DNA of 64,000 nt from Octopus vulgaris (lineage: Eukaryota), in contig OX597817.1 of assembly GCA_951406725.2 (NCBI GenBank), positions 111,724,001 through 111,788,000 of the forward strand, read 5' to 3'. Positions 12,163 to 26,559 of the stretch are shown one piece after another. The position numbers were made by a program, and so were the translations under genes. The number at the start of each line of letters is the position of its first letter. The stretch's first letter is position 1. The notes below the pieces were generated by a model. That model was not told where the DNA came from and did not search any database. It saw only the letters and a list, made by a program, of their open reading frames with translations.

Positions 12163-13177
12163 TAAATACCAATAAGTCATTCAATAGATACTATTCAATT
12201 TCAGATATTCACACACAAAATAATAGGTTTTCTTCAACAAAAATGCATAGTACAGTAATTATAAATACACATAAAACAAGAGGAAATACACTGTTTTAAA
12301 CTTCCAAAAACAGAAAATAGAAACATACCAATCAAAAGCTTATATGATTGTTCAATTAGCAAACAGCATCTAAATTTCCCCCAAAATCACAGTCATTTTT
12401 TTAAGGACACATTGGATAATGCTAGAATGATTTTGGCAATAGATCTGTTCAATAAGGATTGACCTGAGATTAAATAATAACAATTCCATACATGCTACAG
12501 CAATTTTTCTTTCTGTAGGTTACTTAGTGATGAATACTCATTTTTATTAAACACTACCCTTACATATGTCTAATGTTACATTCAAGATTTAAAGAAAACA
12601 AACACAGATTAAAGTTAAAATGCTACTTGGAAATTTACTACAATAACACTTAATAAGGTACAAAATATACAATATTATACAATACAAATGTTATTCCACA
12701 AGGAAATGATAATCATTAATATTGCTGGCCTGTTTTGAATGTTCACACTATAATATATCCAGAAAAGGACACCAAGTGAATAGAATATACACAAATAATC
12801 ACCAGTAACAGTCCAGTTGATGCTCAATATATATTCACTAATGATGAATCCAACCTCTCCTGATATCAGATCAGCACTCTCCTCATTTCGCATGTTCTCA
12901 TGAGTTTTCTCTGTCCACTGCCCTTTTTAAAGGCTATTTTTTTCCTTCTTTCTTTTTCTCACAGCATGGACTATCCATTTTTTTTTTTTTATCTTTCTCT
13001 TTCTTTTTGCTTTAAAAAGGACTTAGTTTTTTTTATTTCGAATGCATGGAATGATGTCCGTGTTACATGAATGTTAAATCAAAATTTTTTTTCATGTTCG
13101 TAACACTAAGAAAAGCAAACTCTGCCAAGGTCTTCTAACTAAATATTGACCTACAATAATTTCAATAAAATATTAAT

Positions 13178-15357
13178 CATACTGTCACACAATATTTCAA
13201 GTTGAACACATTTTTAATCTATTCCGGATAAATTAGTAATAATTTTTCAAGGGTATTGTTTATCAATCCATTTTTTCTGCTGATTCCAAAAATGAAATTA
13301 TTTTTATGTGTCATCAACAGTCGACTTTCAATGTTATTTTATATTCGGTATTATTATAATGCTCCGCTACTAAATGTATGTCTAATTTTCTCTTTCAGAC
13401 CAATTACTAAGTTCTGCTACTTTCAGGATGGCTACTAGAGTATGTAAAAATTCTCCAGATACATTTTGATATGTGTGTGGTTATTATATTGGAAAAAAGG
13501 AGGTATTACATAAGATCGTGAAAAGTGCCAAATTGTGGATAGCGTACAAACCCCATTTCAGAATGCCCATGGGTGACCAGGACAAACTATGGGCCCCACA
13601 TGTGATATGTAGAAGGATGGTTAAGCGGTACAGGAAGGTCAATGCCTTTTGCCATTCCAAGGGTATGGAGAAAGCCAAAGAACCATCACGATGACTGTTA
13701 CTTTTGTATGATCAATGTGACAAAGTACAGAAAAGTGAAAGGAAGACAAGCTCTTCAGTATCCAGACATACCATCATCTAGAGCACCTGTCCCACATGAC
13801 AGTTTACGAGTACCACTACCACCAGAAAATATTTCATCTGAAGAGTCAACAAGTAGCAGCAGCCAAGAAATGGAGGAAGCTTTAGTATCAAGAACAACTT
13901 CGAAACCTCATTTTCCAAATCAGAGTGAGCTAGATGATTTTATCAGGGATCAGGGTCCAAGTCAGGAGCTGAACTTCTTTCATCAAGGCTGAAGGAATGG
14001 AATCTACTGGGGGAAGACTGCAAGACATATGTGTACTGGAAACGCGATGAAGAATTTCAAATTTACTATGAAAATATTAATATATTATTGTAAAGGTGTG
14101 ATTGGTTTGTTTACTGCAGAATGGCGACTGTTCATAGATAGCTCAACACAAATTCTCAAAGCAGTGTTGCTCCACAATAGAAATAAATATCCTTCTTTGC
14201 CCCTTGCACACTCCATACAGAAGAAAGAAAATTACGATAATATCAAAGAACTTCTCGACAAAATAAATTACGCTGAGTTCAAGTGTTTGTGGTGATTTCA
14301 AGATGCTTGCCTTCTTGCTTGGCTTGCAAGGGGGATACACAAAGTATTCATGTTTCCTTTGCTTATGGGACAGCAGAGCTGATGATCATCATTACAAGAG
14401 AGTACATTGGCCCCCACAAGTGGAACTGCAGCCAGGAATATTAAATGTTCTCAAACAGCCTCTAGTAGATTCCAACAAAATCTTATTACCCCCACTTCAT
14501 ATCAAACTCGGATTGGTGAAACAGTTTGTGAAGGCCTGAGATTATAGAGAAGCTTTTCAAGAAATTTGTCTTATGTTTCCAAAGCTATCGAGGCTAAGAT
14601 TAAGGGTGGCATATTTGTTGAGCCCCAAGTAAATGCAATGTTAAATTAGAAGAAACTGGAAAGAGTGATGACAAAAGCTGAAAAAGAAGCTTGGTGTGCA
14701 TTTTGTGATGTAGTTCATGGATTCCTAGGAAATCACAAAGATCCTAATTACAAACAGCTGGTAGCTAAGTTTATTGAAAACTTCAAGAAAATGGGTTGTT
14801 GAATGTCCTTAAAGGTTCCTTTTTTGCACTCTCACCTAGATTTTTTCCCCGAAAACTTGGGTGATGTCAGTGAGGAGCATGGTGAGAGATTTCGTCAGCA
14901 CATCGCAATTATGGAAAGAAGGTACCAAGGACGATGGGATACTGCTATGATGGGAGATTATATATGGTCTCTAGTCAGAAGAAATGAAGGTATACACTCC
15001 AGAGAATCTCGATCATCAAAGCACTTCTCATCTTAAGAAAAGAATTATCAAGGCATTTACAGTGCAGAGTTTTATTGTTTCTTTTTGTTCTAACTAATAT
15101 TATACTTCCTAAATACCTTTCAATATATGAAAAAGTACTAAATGTTGTGTGATTATCCTTTACAATACTAGAATAGATTGAACTAACAATGTGGTGTAGA
15201 GAAAACTTACACATATAATGAGCAAATATGAAATTAGGAATAAATAAATAACTATCGATGTTACGTCAAAACGAATGTGATTTTTTTAATTTAGTGGCAA
15301 AAAATGCATATATGAACATTGAAAAATACAAATAAACAAAACATGTGTTACATTGTG
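13178..15357 (+). mobile_element. Chapaev/Chapaev3-type (CMC) DNA transposon with near full-length but disrupted transposase
   Basis: Transposase from ATG 13428 to 15036: GDQDKLWAPHVIC, MPFAIPRVWRKPKNHHDDCYFC, GLQGGYTKYSCFLCLWDSRA, LPPLHIKLGLVKQFVKA, HSHLDFFPENLGDVSEEHGERF; imperfect TIRs catactgtcacaca / tgtgttacattgtg with flanking taat on both sides. Confidence 0.82.
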
Positions 15358-15424
15358 TAATTAATTGTTGATAGATATCATTAATATATAAAAATATTAA
15401 TAAAAGTGAAAGTGCATGATTAAT

Positions 15425-15715
15425 TGGTGAGAGTGTTGCACACACATTCACAAGATTATGATTTCAATTCCCAGACTAACAGTGCCTTGCATTTTTTTTA
15501 ATAGCAAAACACTTCAGCTCCTGTAGCGCCAGTTCACTCTGTTGTAAATGGGTAACTCTGTAACAGACTGGCATCTTGTTAAGGGTGAACATTTGCCTGC
15601 CTGTCTGCCTAGCCAGAAGGGTGGCATCATTCAGAAGCTACAACAATGTGAGGAAGTGCATTGAACCAGTGGTGTATAACATCCAGATAATCTGGTCAAT
15701 ATAATGACCATTAAC
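15425..15715 (+). mobile_element. Degraded SINE-like repeat (CORE-like)
   Basis: ttcaattcccagact...agcaaaacacttca...cactctgttgtaaatgggtaac...gactggcatc; a related copy lies at about 22265-22430. Confidence 0.45.
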
Positions 15716-17270
15716 ATGGCACCTAATATATCACAATTTAAATATTAATTTTTACATATTATATGCAGACATAATTAAAAACATCAGATAAAATTAATCA
15801 AGAGACAAACTAATTCAGTTAAATTCCTGAGACAGCTGACAGAAATTTGAGAGATACCTATGCTACTCTGAACCTGTACTGTATACAAATGATATCTTTT
15901 TATCTGCATATATTTCCATAAATGTGAAAACTCCTTTCCATAGCCTTGAATCATAGACAGCCTTTTGTTAGAAATCCTGCAACATTGTTATATTGGTCAC
16001 TATTTAGCCCATTAGTTTTGTAAACAGATTGGTTAAATAGTGCTCATTCTGCCAAAATCATATTTTTCATACAAGAATAAATCTTAAATTCATTAGCAAT
16101 TTTAAATGATAATGAAAAATTTTTAATACTCCAGTTAATTTAATTATTTTGTGTTAGCAAATTATAACTGTAATCAATATCCTCAGAAATAACTATTTTA
16201 TGATATTAACTACAGTTACCCAATGATGAATAAATTTGTTTTACAATGAACTCACGATCATTTAATGTTCAACTCTATACCATGTTATGCAAAAATCTGA
16301 AAATATCAAAATTGTAACTTGTCCTCAATAAAATTCAACCATCTAAAACAACAATTTCAATATTTTCTTTATGAATAAGTTAAATGAGAGTCAATGCCCA
16401 TGACTTACAACTGTTGAAGGCCCTCTCTTGAACTAGTCAGAAAAATGCACTTTATTTCAGTCTGAATATCTGTACATAAGTGTCTAAAGGGTAAAATGTG
16501 GGCTGAAAGTGACTTCCATAAGGCTAGTTCTGAAAGATTGTAATGAGTAATGTGTTTAACAAAAGAACTAGAAAATGAGGCATGATGGGAATGAGGAGAG
16601 GAGAAATGGATGTGTCAGAAAAAGCCTGGATGGAAAGAGTATGCAGTTTAGCTGGTTTGCAGAAAACAGGTATCATAATATGTAGTTTGGTGGTTGCTAA
16701 GAAAAATTATCTAATGTATCCTGTCTTTTTGTAAGCCAATGGATGTAGTTTAGGATAGATTTGGCTGTTATTTCTAGTTGACAAATGATCACTTAGAAGC
16801 TCCCTCATCATTTTTGGTGAAGAAGAAAACTGTTCACTGCTACATTGAAAGTTACTACACTCACCCATTTTTTTGATAGACTAGAACATCTTGCCTATAT
16901 ATCTTAGACGAGTACTATACTTAATAATGACAATAGCCATGATACTTTACATCAGTAGCATCTTACAGAAGAGACTGATGGGTAGATTTAGTAAAACTGT
17001 ATCAATGAAATTCAAACGCTCAGCCAATGAAGGACCATGTAAGCAACTAATCTTGCCATGTTCTCTTAAACCCACAACTGACTGAATAACCATTAGCAAG
17101 TGGTCTTCCTTGTAATAAAGTTGTCTTCCCTTACACATGCTGTATAATATATACGCACACAGAAAACCTGGGCAAAATAAAATGAGTTTGCTACATACAA
17201 TTTAAGAAAAAAGGTGAACAATCTGATGTGTTACTTAAATTACTGCCATATACTAAACCCAGTTAGAATA

Positions 17271-20200
17271 TGGTGCCAGGAATATTGGTTGAATTGAATT
17301 GGTGACTTCATCAATACATATATTACATGTGCTAATAGTTTTTTGATGATCCTATTTTCATTGTTAGTAATGTGGTTAATAGAGAGTCACAAATGAATTC
17401 TAATCTTGCTGATGTACTTTAATGACTGTTAATGAATATTATCAAATATGTAAATATCAACTCTTAGCATCTAACCCTTTCTCTGATATTAACTTGCCTG
17501 ACAAATAGCACTTATTGCAGGAGGATTTTAGAGTTTCTGATGGTTAGTGAGAAGAATGAGTCAGCTGATAAAAATTAAAATTGCATTACTATTACACATT
17601 GTTAGTAAACAAGATAAAGATACTTGGGGCAATTTCAAATATTAAAAGGCCTTAGTGAAAATATGCATGAGAATGCCAGAGATAATGTTGACAATTTCTG
17701 TGTTCCTAAAATTCATCTCTTTGATGCTAGGGACAGGTTCCTTTACTCTGAAGAGCATGATAGAGATATTGATGAATATCCAATAGATCTGAGGAAACAG
17801 ACATGTATATGTTAGTTTAGCAATTTGACTAGCCAATTGCTTTTGCATACATTGACCCTTAGTCTGGATGATATCTCATTAAGATGCAAATTTAAGGAAA
17901 CTCATCATCTTGAACTGGTTAAAGCTGTAGCTATTGTAATGAAGAGCCAAAAGGAAGCAACAGAAGCCCAAGGTAGTTGCTTTTGAATATGCCAGTATTC
18001 ACAGATGTTGTAAATACAAAGCTGTCAGAAAGCCCCAAATACGTATATAAAAAGAAAAAAAAGAAGAAAAATTAGTGCAGGTCATAGATATGGAGTTCAG
18101 TTTTGTCCTTTACATCACAAAGAGTATTATAAATGTGATAACTCAGGCTATTTTGTGTATGCTGCTCCGCCAAAAAATAAACATAAAATCAAATAATTTA
18201 ATTATCCTAAGAAAACAGATACAATGTTTATTGACATACTAGACAGAGACAACACTTGATGGGTATGCATAGTGCCAGTTAAAAGTATTAAACATGAGGT
18301 TGTGTTAGGCACATATGCATAATGCAATGTTACCATTGACAATTTCTGAACAGCTATTGAAAGTCATAACCAATATAGAATAAAAACCTCTTTTCAGATC
18401 ATATAGTGACACTTGTAGAATGACCAGTGGTATAAGTACAGAGACTGCACTGTTTTTATGCACTTCATAGCAAATGTGTCTAATTTAAGAAACCAGTGAC
18501 TGGAGTTAAAATTGTACAAGTCTTGAATTACTTCAAAAGGTTGAAAGAACTTAAAACAGAAAACACAAAGTCTCAAAAATATATTAGAAAAAATTTGCCG
18601 GTGTCTTTGCAGGATTCCAGAAGCATTAAGAAAAGCTGTGACACAATAACTAAAATCCAAAGAAATACTATAATACAGTGTGCATAAGCCTTGATTCAAT
18701 AGATTTTAACTGAGATACTTAAAATAAATATTACTTCAAACATACAATTTTGCAAGCTTCAGTTAAAATGCCATCTCCTAAGATTTCACAGTATTGAAAG
18801 CACAGATATCTTATCTAATAAATGAAGAAGAGTAGCAAATTAATATCATTCAATTCCATAGGCAAGATTTGCTAACAACAGTTTTCCTTTCAAAGTGAAA
18901 TCAACTTCTGGGTTGTTCTAAGCAACTTTGGAACATTTGTTTGAAAGTATGCAATGTGTATTTGTGGTTATAGACAATATAATGATGTTTTATGAATCAA
19001 AGGTTGAACACTGCAAATGTTTACAAGGTATTTTACAATATAGAGACAGCGGTTAAAACTTGAATTCAAAGAAACTTAGCTATGAGTTACATGAGTAAAA
19101 TATGTTGAATATCTGCTAACCAAAGTAGTAAAACTGCAACTATTTTTTTTTTTTTTTCATCTAGTTTCAGCTCACTAGCTGTGGCCATGTTGGGGCACCG
19201 CCACTTGGTGTTGCTACATAATTTTACTTCACGAATGCTTTTTAGCAATTGACATTTGGTACATGAGAGAGTTTGATGCAGCTGCCCTCATTTGCACCTC
19301 CTGCCGCGAAGTTGGTTCATCTGGGACACCTTACAGGAAGAGGTCCAGCTTTATTGTGAAGACACTTACATCCACCCCATGCAGGTCTCTCAGGTCCTTC
19401 GGGAGGATATTGAAGAGCTGTGGACCTCTGAAGCCTAGGCTATTGCAGTATCTTGTCCTACATCTTGATGGCAAATTTGGAGTCCTTGACACTATACAGT
19501 GGCGCCCAGTTCTAGTACCTGTGTAACTCTCGATGCTATTCATACAACTGTTTACTGATTCCAGTGGAGTCAGATTATTAAACATGGTGACATACCTGGC
19601 CAAGATTACTCTACATCTGTGAAAATGAGAACCTCTGAGAAAGTTTACAGAAGATCAAAAGCATGACAACAGGCTAAAGTTGAGCAAAAAATGTTTGAAC
19701 CAGAATAACTATTACTATTTCACTTTGACATAATAAAGTCTGTACTATGAAAGTAAATTCACAGTTGGCACAGTTTCACAACAAGCAAACTATCCAACTG
19801 TATAAGCATCAAAAAATTTTTTTTAAAAAGAGCTAAGCCCAGTAGTTTTGGGGGCCGAGACTTTTCACAAGCATGTGTATAGTTTTTCATTCGTAGGAGA
19901 GACAGACAATAAACCCTTCTAAATATTCTGCACAAACTCCTTACAAGTTCCTTCCAGGGTTGCAGAAAATTAGGTATAGACTGTGCAAGTATGACTGCAC
20001 ATCAAAATATGTACAAAGTGATAACTGCAAATACACTGGTCTTTCACTCATAAGACAAACTTGATTTAAAATTGATTTGTCACCAACAAATCAATTTTAA
20101 ATCAATGATGAATGACACAAAAATTGCAGAAATGAAAGCCGAGACTGCTAATGATAATTAACTGGCTGAATAAGTACAAATTCTAGAACAGGACTGACCC

Positions 20201-20900
20201 GAAAAACACTGTCTATTACCAGAGGTTATTACAAGTTTCAGGGACTGCAAAGATAAATTAACACATGTCCAGGGAAATATTAGTCAACAAATACAAAATT
20301 ATTGTTCTTCTGGTAACAAAACAACAAATGCTTAATTTATTTAGATGACTTGCAGTACCTAGAGAAAGAGAATTAATGTATTGGCCTAGGATATCAACAG
20401 ATATCACTGAACTGGTTGACAAATGTGGTATGGGTATACAGCATCAGAGAAGCCAGTAAAGAAGAGATACTTGAATCAATACCAATACTGGAATTACTAG
20501 GACCAACAGTTAGAGCAGATTTGTTTCATTTACAAGAACTTTCAGTTTTTCATTCTTGTGAATTACTACAGTGGGTTCACTGAATATAGTGAACCATCAG
20601 ACACAAAAAAACAAAACATCACAAACCACTGTTAATTTCAGTTTATAAGACATGGTCTTCCAGTGAAACCTGGTAGACAACTACTTGCAATTTAGCAGAT
20701 AATTGTTCAATGTATTTTCCAATATTGAGAAGTTTGAGCACAACACTTCAAGCAAAGAGTGGTCCCACACTCTCCTAGACACATATCAGAAAGAGCTATT
20801 GGAATTTTGAAATCACTGCTACTGTAAGTAGATGATCCATATCTTACACTTTTAGACTACACATTAGTTCAGCATTTGGTCTAAAACCTAGAACCTTATT
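17271..20900 (+). mobile_element. Heavily decayed Ty3/Gypsy LTR-retrotransposon internal region (gag-pol)
   Basis: PBS-like tggtgccagga at 17271; gag-like remnant (DNFCVPK...ARDRF...IDEYPIDLRKQ), eroded zinc knuckle (about 18125-18165), integrase remnants (ADLFHLQE, NYYSGF, HGLPVK, SERAIGILK at 20515-20815). No paired LTRs recognised. Confidence 0.7.
19143..19535 (-). mobile_element. 3' fragment of a CR1/L2-group LINE with poly(A) tail, nested in the Gypsy element
   Basis: NSLGFRGPQLFNILPKDLRDLHGVDVSVFTIKLDLFL*GVPDEP; poly-T at 19143-19157 on + strand. Confidence 0.8.
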
Positions 20901-21959
20901 GTCTATCATTTAACTTCAGTTGAAATCTGATATATCTCACAACCTTGTCTATTCATAGAGTGAGTAAAGGCTAAAATGTATTTTAAAAGATCGGCCAACA
21001 ATCTATCCCCATTAAAGACAGAGAACTTTGTAAATGACTATCAGTGAGCATGACTGGGTAACTGTAAATGTAACCAAATAGGTTGGTAAAAAAAAAAGTT
21101 ATATAATGACAGAGTGAGGAAAGTTACCATTGAAACATGTTGAAATAAACCTTTATCCAATAACCTGCACTTAGCAAATAGTAATGTTGACAAGTCTAAT
21201 GATGCTGTTTCATATGTGGTGGAAGAATTAACCATAAACCATTTTAACTAACAAAAAAAGTTATCGATGTTAGATGTGCATCCAAAACCTTGTTGTATTG
21301 TTAAATTGTTATATTTGGAACTTGGAAATGCTGTGAAGTAACACAGAATCTGGTGAACCAATTTTTTTGTTTTTAAATACCATAAACAATACACAATCTG
21401 TTGAAAGGAAATGGGATGGTAAAATTCTGGTTAGGCAAGATAGTGATTTGAAGTCACAATACTGACCTAAACTGAACAACAGGTGATCAGTTCAAATATC
21501 TTCAGTTCTGAGTATAAATCCTGCCAAAATTATCAGCCTTTCATCTTTCCACAATCTGTAAGAAATAAAAGTCATTCCAATAGCATATCCAAAGAGAAAT
21601 TTTAAAAAAACTAAATCAAATTCTATATTTCAGAAGCTTATTTCAGTAGCTCTTATAATCCTTTATCATACAATGGAATACCCAAAAAAATCATATTTTC
21701 ATTAAACATTCAAAAATGCAAGAAAAAACTTGAGTTAATAATTGCTAATACTAATTCTTCTCAAACTGCTCTAAAGATTATAATCTGTCAAGTTTCTGCA
21801 TAATGTCACCATGTTTAAGAAAAAGACAGTTGATATTTTCACTTGCTTTGATATATTTCAAGATGTGATACATTCAAAAACTTATAATTAAAAATGAGCT
21901 AAAATAAATAATTCAAATGATTTATATCAAAAAGGTTATATAAGTGGTAAAGTACAAAG

Positions 21960-23350
21960 TGATAGTGGCATTTTGTCTATCTTTACATTCTAAGCTCAAA
22001 TTCTATTGAGGCCAACTTTGCTTTTCATCCTTTCATGGTAAATTAAATAAGTACCAGTTGGGCTGCATTTCATCCGTCTTTACGTTCTAAGTCCAAATTC
22101 CACCAAGGTTGAATTTGCTTTTAATCCTATTCAGGGCCAATAAATGAGTACCAGTCAAGTACTGGGGGTCAATGTAATCAATTAGCACCTCACCAAATTT
22201 CAGGCCTTGTGCCTATAGTAGAAAGGATATTATTATTCAACAATGTTTTTGGCAGTGAAAGCTCATGGCCTAGTAGTTTGGATGCTGGGCACACAGCAGT
22301 GAAGTTGTGGGTTCTCATCACAGACTGGGTTGCTTTGAGTCCTTGAGCATGTTGTTCCAGTACACTCAGCTGGAAATCTGTACCAGTAGCACATATGGGT
22401 TAACCCTGCAAAAGACTGGTATCCCATTCAAAAGAAAGTTTTGTATATTCTGCCCAAACACCTTGAAAATCTGAATGAATTCCAGCCTGAGGAAACCTGC
22501 AGGCTCAAAACAGAAGAAAGATGCTGCACTAACAACATTGTTAGAGCAGTGGATATAGTGCCTTGTAGTATACCTGTCAACTCTCTATGTTCTGAGTTCA
22601 AATCCCAAAGCAATGGATGGGCAGAATTATTAGATTATTGAATAAAATGCCTTGCAGTATTTCTTGCATCTCTTTAAATTCTGAGTTCAAATTCCATTGA
22701 GATCAACTTGCCTTTCATCCCTCTAGGGTTGATGAGATAACATATCAAGTACTGTGTTTAAAAATATCAGCTTAACTTCTGTGCAGCCCCTCTCTTAAAA
22801 ATTTCAGGTCTTGTACCTATATTAGAAAACAATCATTTTAAAGGCAGCAAGCTGGCAGAATTATCAGCATGTCAGGCAAAATGCTTAGTGGAGCAGTATT
22901 TCATCCATCATTGCAATCTGAGTTCAAATGCTGTCAAGGTCAACTTTGCCTTTCATCCTTTCGGGGTCGATAAATTAAGTACCAGTTGCATACTAGAGTT
23001 GATATAATCGAATGCGCCCCCTAAAAAAAAAATTTCAGACCCTGTGCTTATAACAGAAAGGATTATTATTATTATTATTATTAAAGCAGCAAGCTGGCAG
23101 AATTGTTAGCATACCAAGCAAAATGCTTGGTGGCATTTTGTCCATCTTTACATTCTGAGTTCAAATTACACCAAGATCGATTTTGCCTTTCATCCTTAGC
23201 AACATTTCATCCATTTTTATGTTCTGACTTCAACTTCTGCCAAGGTTTACCTTGCTTTCCATCCTTTTGGTGTCAATGAAATAAGTACTGGGTTGCATTG
23301 TGCCTTTGAGCATGTTGCTTTTTGATCCTTTAGTAGAAAGGATCATTATT
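21960..23350 (+). repeat. Cluster of at least six degraded family-A SINE copies/fragments
   Basis: Recurrent ctgagttcaaat...tttgcctttcatcct...aagtacc motifs and (ATT)n tails. Confidence 0.8.
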
Positions 23351-23409
23351 TTATTGTTATTGCTGTTGTTGTAGCCACTATTGTTGTTCACTATACACAA
23401 TTATATTTT

Positions 23410-24310
23410 CAGAGTTCTGTGCAGAAGATATTTTTTCAAGACTATATTATGCAAAAAATTTGGGGGAAATTCATTTTACCATCAAGAGAATTCAAAAATA
23501 TTGGACATCTAACCAATGACGAAGAAGTAGAGGACATAGCCAGGGACATCAGTACAGACATAGACATGTGGCTTGCCACCTTTGCAACAACACTGACAGA
23601 TGATGAGCATAGAAGTGATACCCAACACCACATAGTCTGCACAGACGTGCAGCTCTTGATGTCATTCGACTTTGAAGACTCAGAGTTGTACACTGATATG
23701 GAAACAGAGCAGAAGGCAATCAAACTGATATCACAAAGCAGGAAGCCCAGTTACTATTTGTGTGGAAATAAGAGCAACTTGAGGACTCTCTGCCCAGAAG
23801 AGAAAGAAAATTGACTGAAGAAAGAGGATGATAGAAAACAACAGCAGCAGGTTCCAGAAGCTGTTTCTAGTATATCCTCAATCAACTCCAAGGATAGTAA
23901 GAGTGAAAAAAATCACTTCAACCTCGCCATCAAGAGGCTCAGGGGGCTTTCCTCCCAGCAAAGAGCCAAATAGAGACCATAGCTAAGAGTGTAACTCCAT
24001 TATCACAAGATTATGGAGAGATGGAAACTGGAAATAAGTGGAAAACTACTAAAATACTAAAAAGGGGTAAGAAAAATAAAAATTGAACTTGACCAGAAAA
24101 TAAAGAAAGACTGGGGAACTCTCATTAAAGGCCCCCATCCCCATGGGGCTTTGGAACTTTACAGTAATTCAAAAGAACAACTCTACCTAGTTGACCAAAC
24201 ACTGGCCCTTATAGGGGACCCAGATACTTTGCTGATTAAAAAAGGAGTTGAGTGACAAGAACTAAGAGCCTATAAATGAAGGACATTTAATAAAAACCAA
24301 AGTGGTGGTC
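23410..24310 (+). mobile_element. Old ORF1 (gag-like) remnant of the Tx1-type family
   Basis: KLISQSRKPSYYLCGNKSNLRTLCPEE aligns by eye with EGRKPRCFKCGKKSHVRSEC of the ORF1 at 43550; no ORF2 follows. Confidence 0.55.
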
Positions 24311-24319
24311 TACTAACAG

Positions 24320-24748
24320 CTTAGGAATTATGCCTTCAGTTCAACTGAACCTTAGCTCTTCATAGCTCAGCTGGGGCTAAAGAAGCTTACAGGCAGCTTT
24401 AGAGTGACCAGTTTGTAGAGATGAATGGAACAAAAAGTGGTCAGTCATGGACTGCCTTGAGCCTACTGAGCTGACAGCTTCTCGCCCTTTGTATATGTGG
24501 TTTACTTTTGTTTTCATCGCATTATAGACGTGATTAGAATGTCGCAGATTCACAAGATGAATTCTTCTAAGTGAGCCAACCAACAGGAGACCTAGAGGTA
24601 GACCAAGAACAAAATGGTTGGATAATATCCACAGTCCCAATTGGCCATGCTTGGAAATCCAACTGGAAAGTGTAATGACAGTTGCTTTTGATGGGATACT
24701 ATCCCCACAACTCTACCAGGAATAGTAAGTAGAGAAGATGGATGGATA
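24320..24748 (+). mobile_element. RTE-clade LINE 3' fragment
   Basis: C-terminal RTE motif ILLSEPTNRRPRGRPRTKWLDNI and a (GATG)n tail. Confidence 0.7.
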
Positions 24749-26559
24749 ACATTACATGCATGCAGATTCCCACATATTGTCGCTCCTTTCGAGGTATTTT
24801 GTTTTTAAATAATGGGCCCTGATGGCAAAAAAGAAAGAATTATTATTATTTTGGATTATTGTTATAATACTGATGAAAATGCCATGCAGTTCAAATACTG
24901 CCATATTTAAATTTGCTTCTCATCCTTCTAAGGTTGATAAAATAACAAAACTAGTCAAGTACTGGGGTTGACATAACTGACTGCCCTCTTCCTTCAAATT
25001 TCTAGACTTAACCTATATTAGGGCCAGTGATAACAGTGGTATTTCACAACTGTATAACTACTACATTTCATTACAAAGCTTTTAACAGTTTTGTTTCCTA
25101 TGTTAGACTTTCCCTCCAAGTTCATTTTAACATATGCAGCTCCATATTTGTTGTATAATATTTCTGATATCAAAATCAGACTGCACTTCAAGGTGGAACT
25201 TCACACATCACTTTGAAGTGAACATTAGTTTCACATTTAGGATATTTCTGTAGGCAACCATTGGTCATTGGCTCATTTATGCATATCTAAAAGGCATGGA
25301 ATAAGGTATACAGAGTTTAGTGAATGGCTCCTGAGTTAATGAGCAAAATTTAATAGTGTCATACGTGGAACAGCCAAATGTACATCCAAGGACAATGCTA
25401 GAATAAGCTTTGCAATGTGCACTCCCCACTTACAATTGTTTGCCAAAGACAACCAGAAGTGGTAGCTTACAATGTATGATATATTCTAATTCAGTATTAT
25501 ATCAACACATCAGTTGATGATGATAGTTTTCTGCTACTACTAAAGCACTATTCTGGAAATGTCCTCACTTACTTTCTTTATTACTAAGTTTTTGTGTTTT
25601 TCATTGGATTAAGAAATTATGTCCAAGTTATTTGGAATTTGTAAGGCACCCCCAGAATTTAGCACTCTGGGTAATTTCCAGGTTTATCTCATGTGTAGTG
25701 GATAAACATTAATCTTACAAGTGAGGAAGCTGGATTTCATACCTGCTGATCTGAATTAGGAGTCAACTGTTCTTTGATCATTGAATTTAATTCTACAAAC
25801 CCAAGTTCACCTAGCAGCTGGAATATACCAATTATACACTGGTGCCAACCAGAAATTAGATTTATCTCACACTTGTGAACACTGTATAGTCATTGCTAAG
25901 TACTAATTTATATTGACACTTCAAGGCTTGTGAGATGGGTAAAGGACTGCTTAGAATTCCGAAAGTAGAATTTGCCTCGTTTGTGTACATGTTAATTTCC
26001 ACAGCACTAACAACTAGTCTTTGTGGTAACCACAAGATGTGTCTTTCAATAATAAATTGTTAGCCTGCATTCTTACAAAATAAGACATGTACATTCTGAT
26101 CCAAAACAATTTTCTCAGAGTTTATACACGCAGCAAATTTTGCAGAAAGAAAGAGGGTTTTATACATTGTTTACATTTTTATGCAGAATATGCCATTCAT
26201 TTTGCATCGTGGACTTAGAAAAGCTAGCTAGAAACTTTCTTTGCACGGAGGAACGAGAGGATATATCTCTGCAAATGTGAAGTAATATAACAAATGGGAC
26301 TAGTGGGGAAAGAGCAACAAGCTGAGAGGGACACTGCCTGCTAACACCACAAACTGCAAAATATTTTAGATTGGATCTAGAAAACTGGTAAATAACTATT
26401 GCAAATAAAAAAAAAGAACTGCCTATATTAGATTTTCCTTCTCTTAAATGGGAAAAAAAAATCAGATATTAAAACGCTGATGGAAACTGAACTAACTTAA
26501 AATCAAAATATTTCTTATAAACTCAACACGTAATTTCAGAAGAAAGCTTCTGGTGACTT

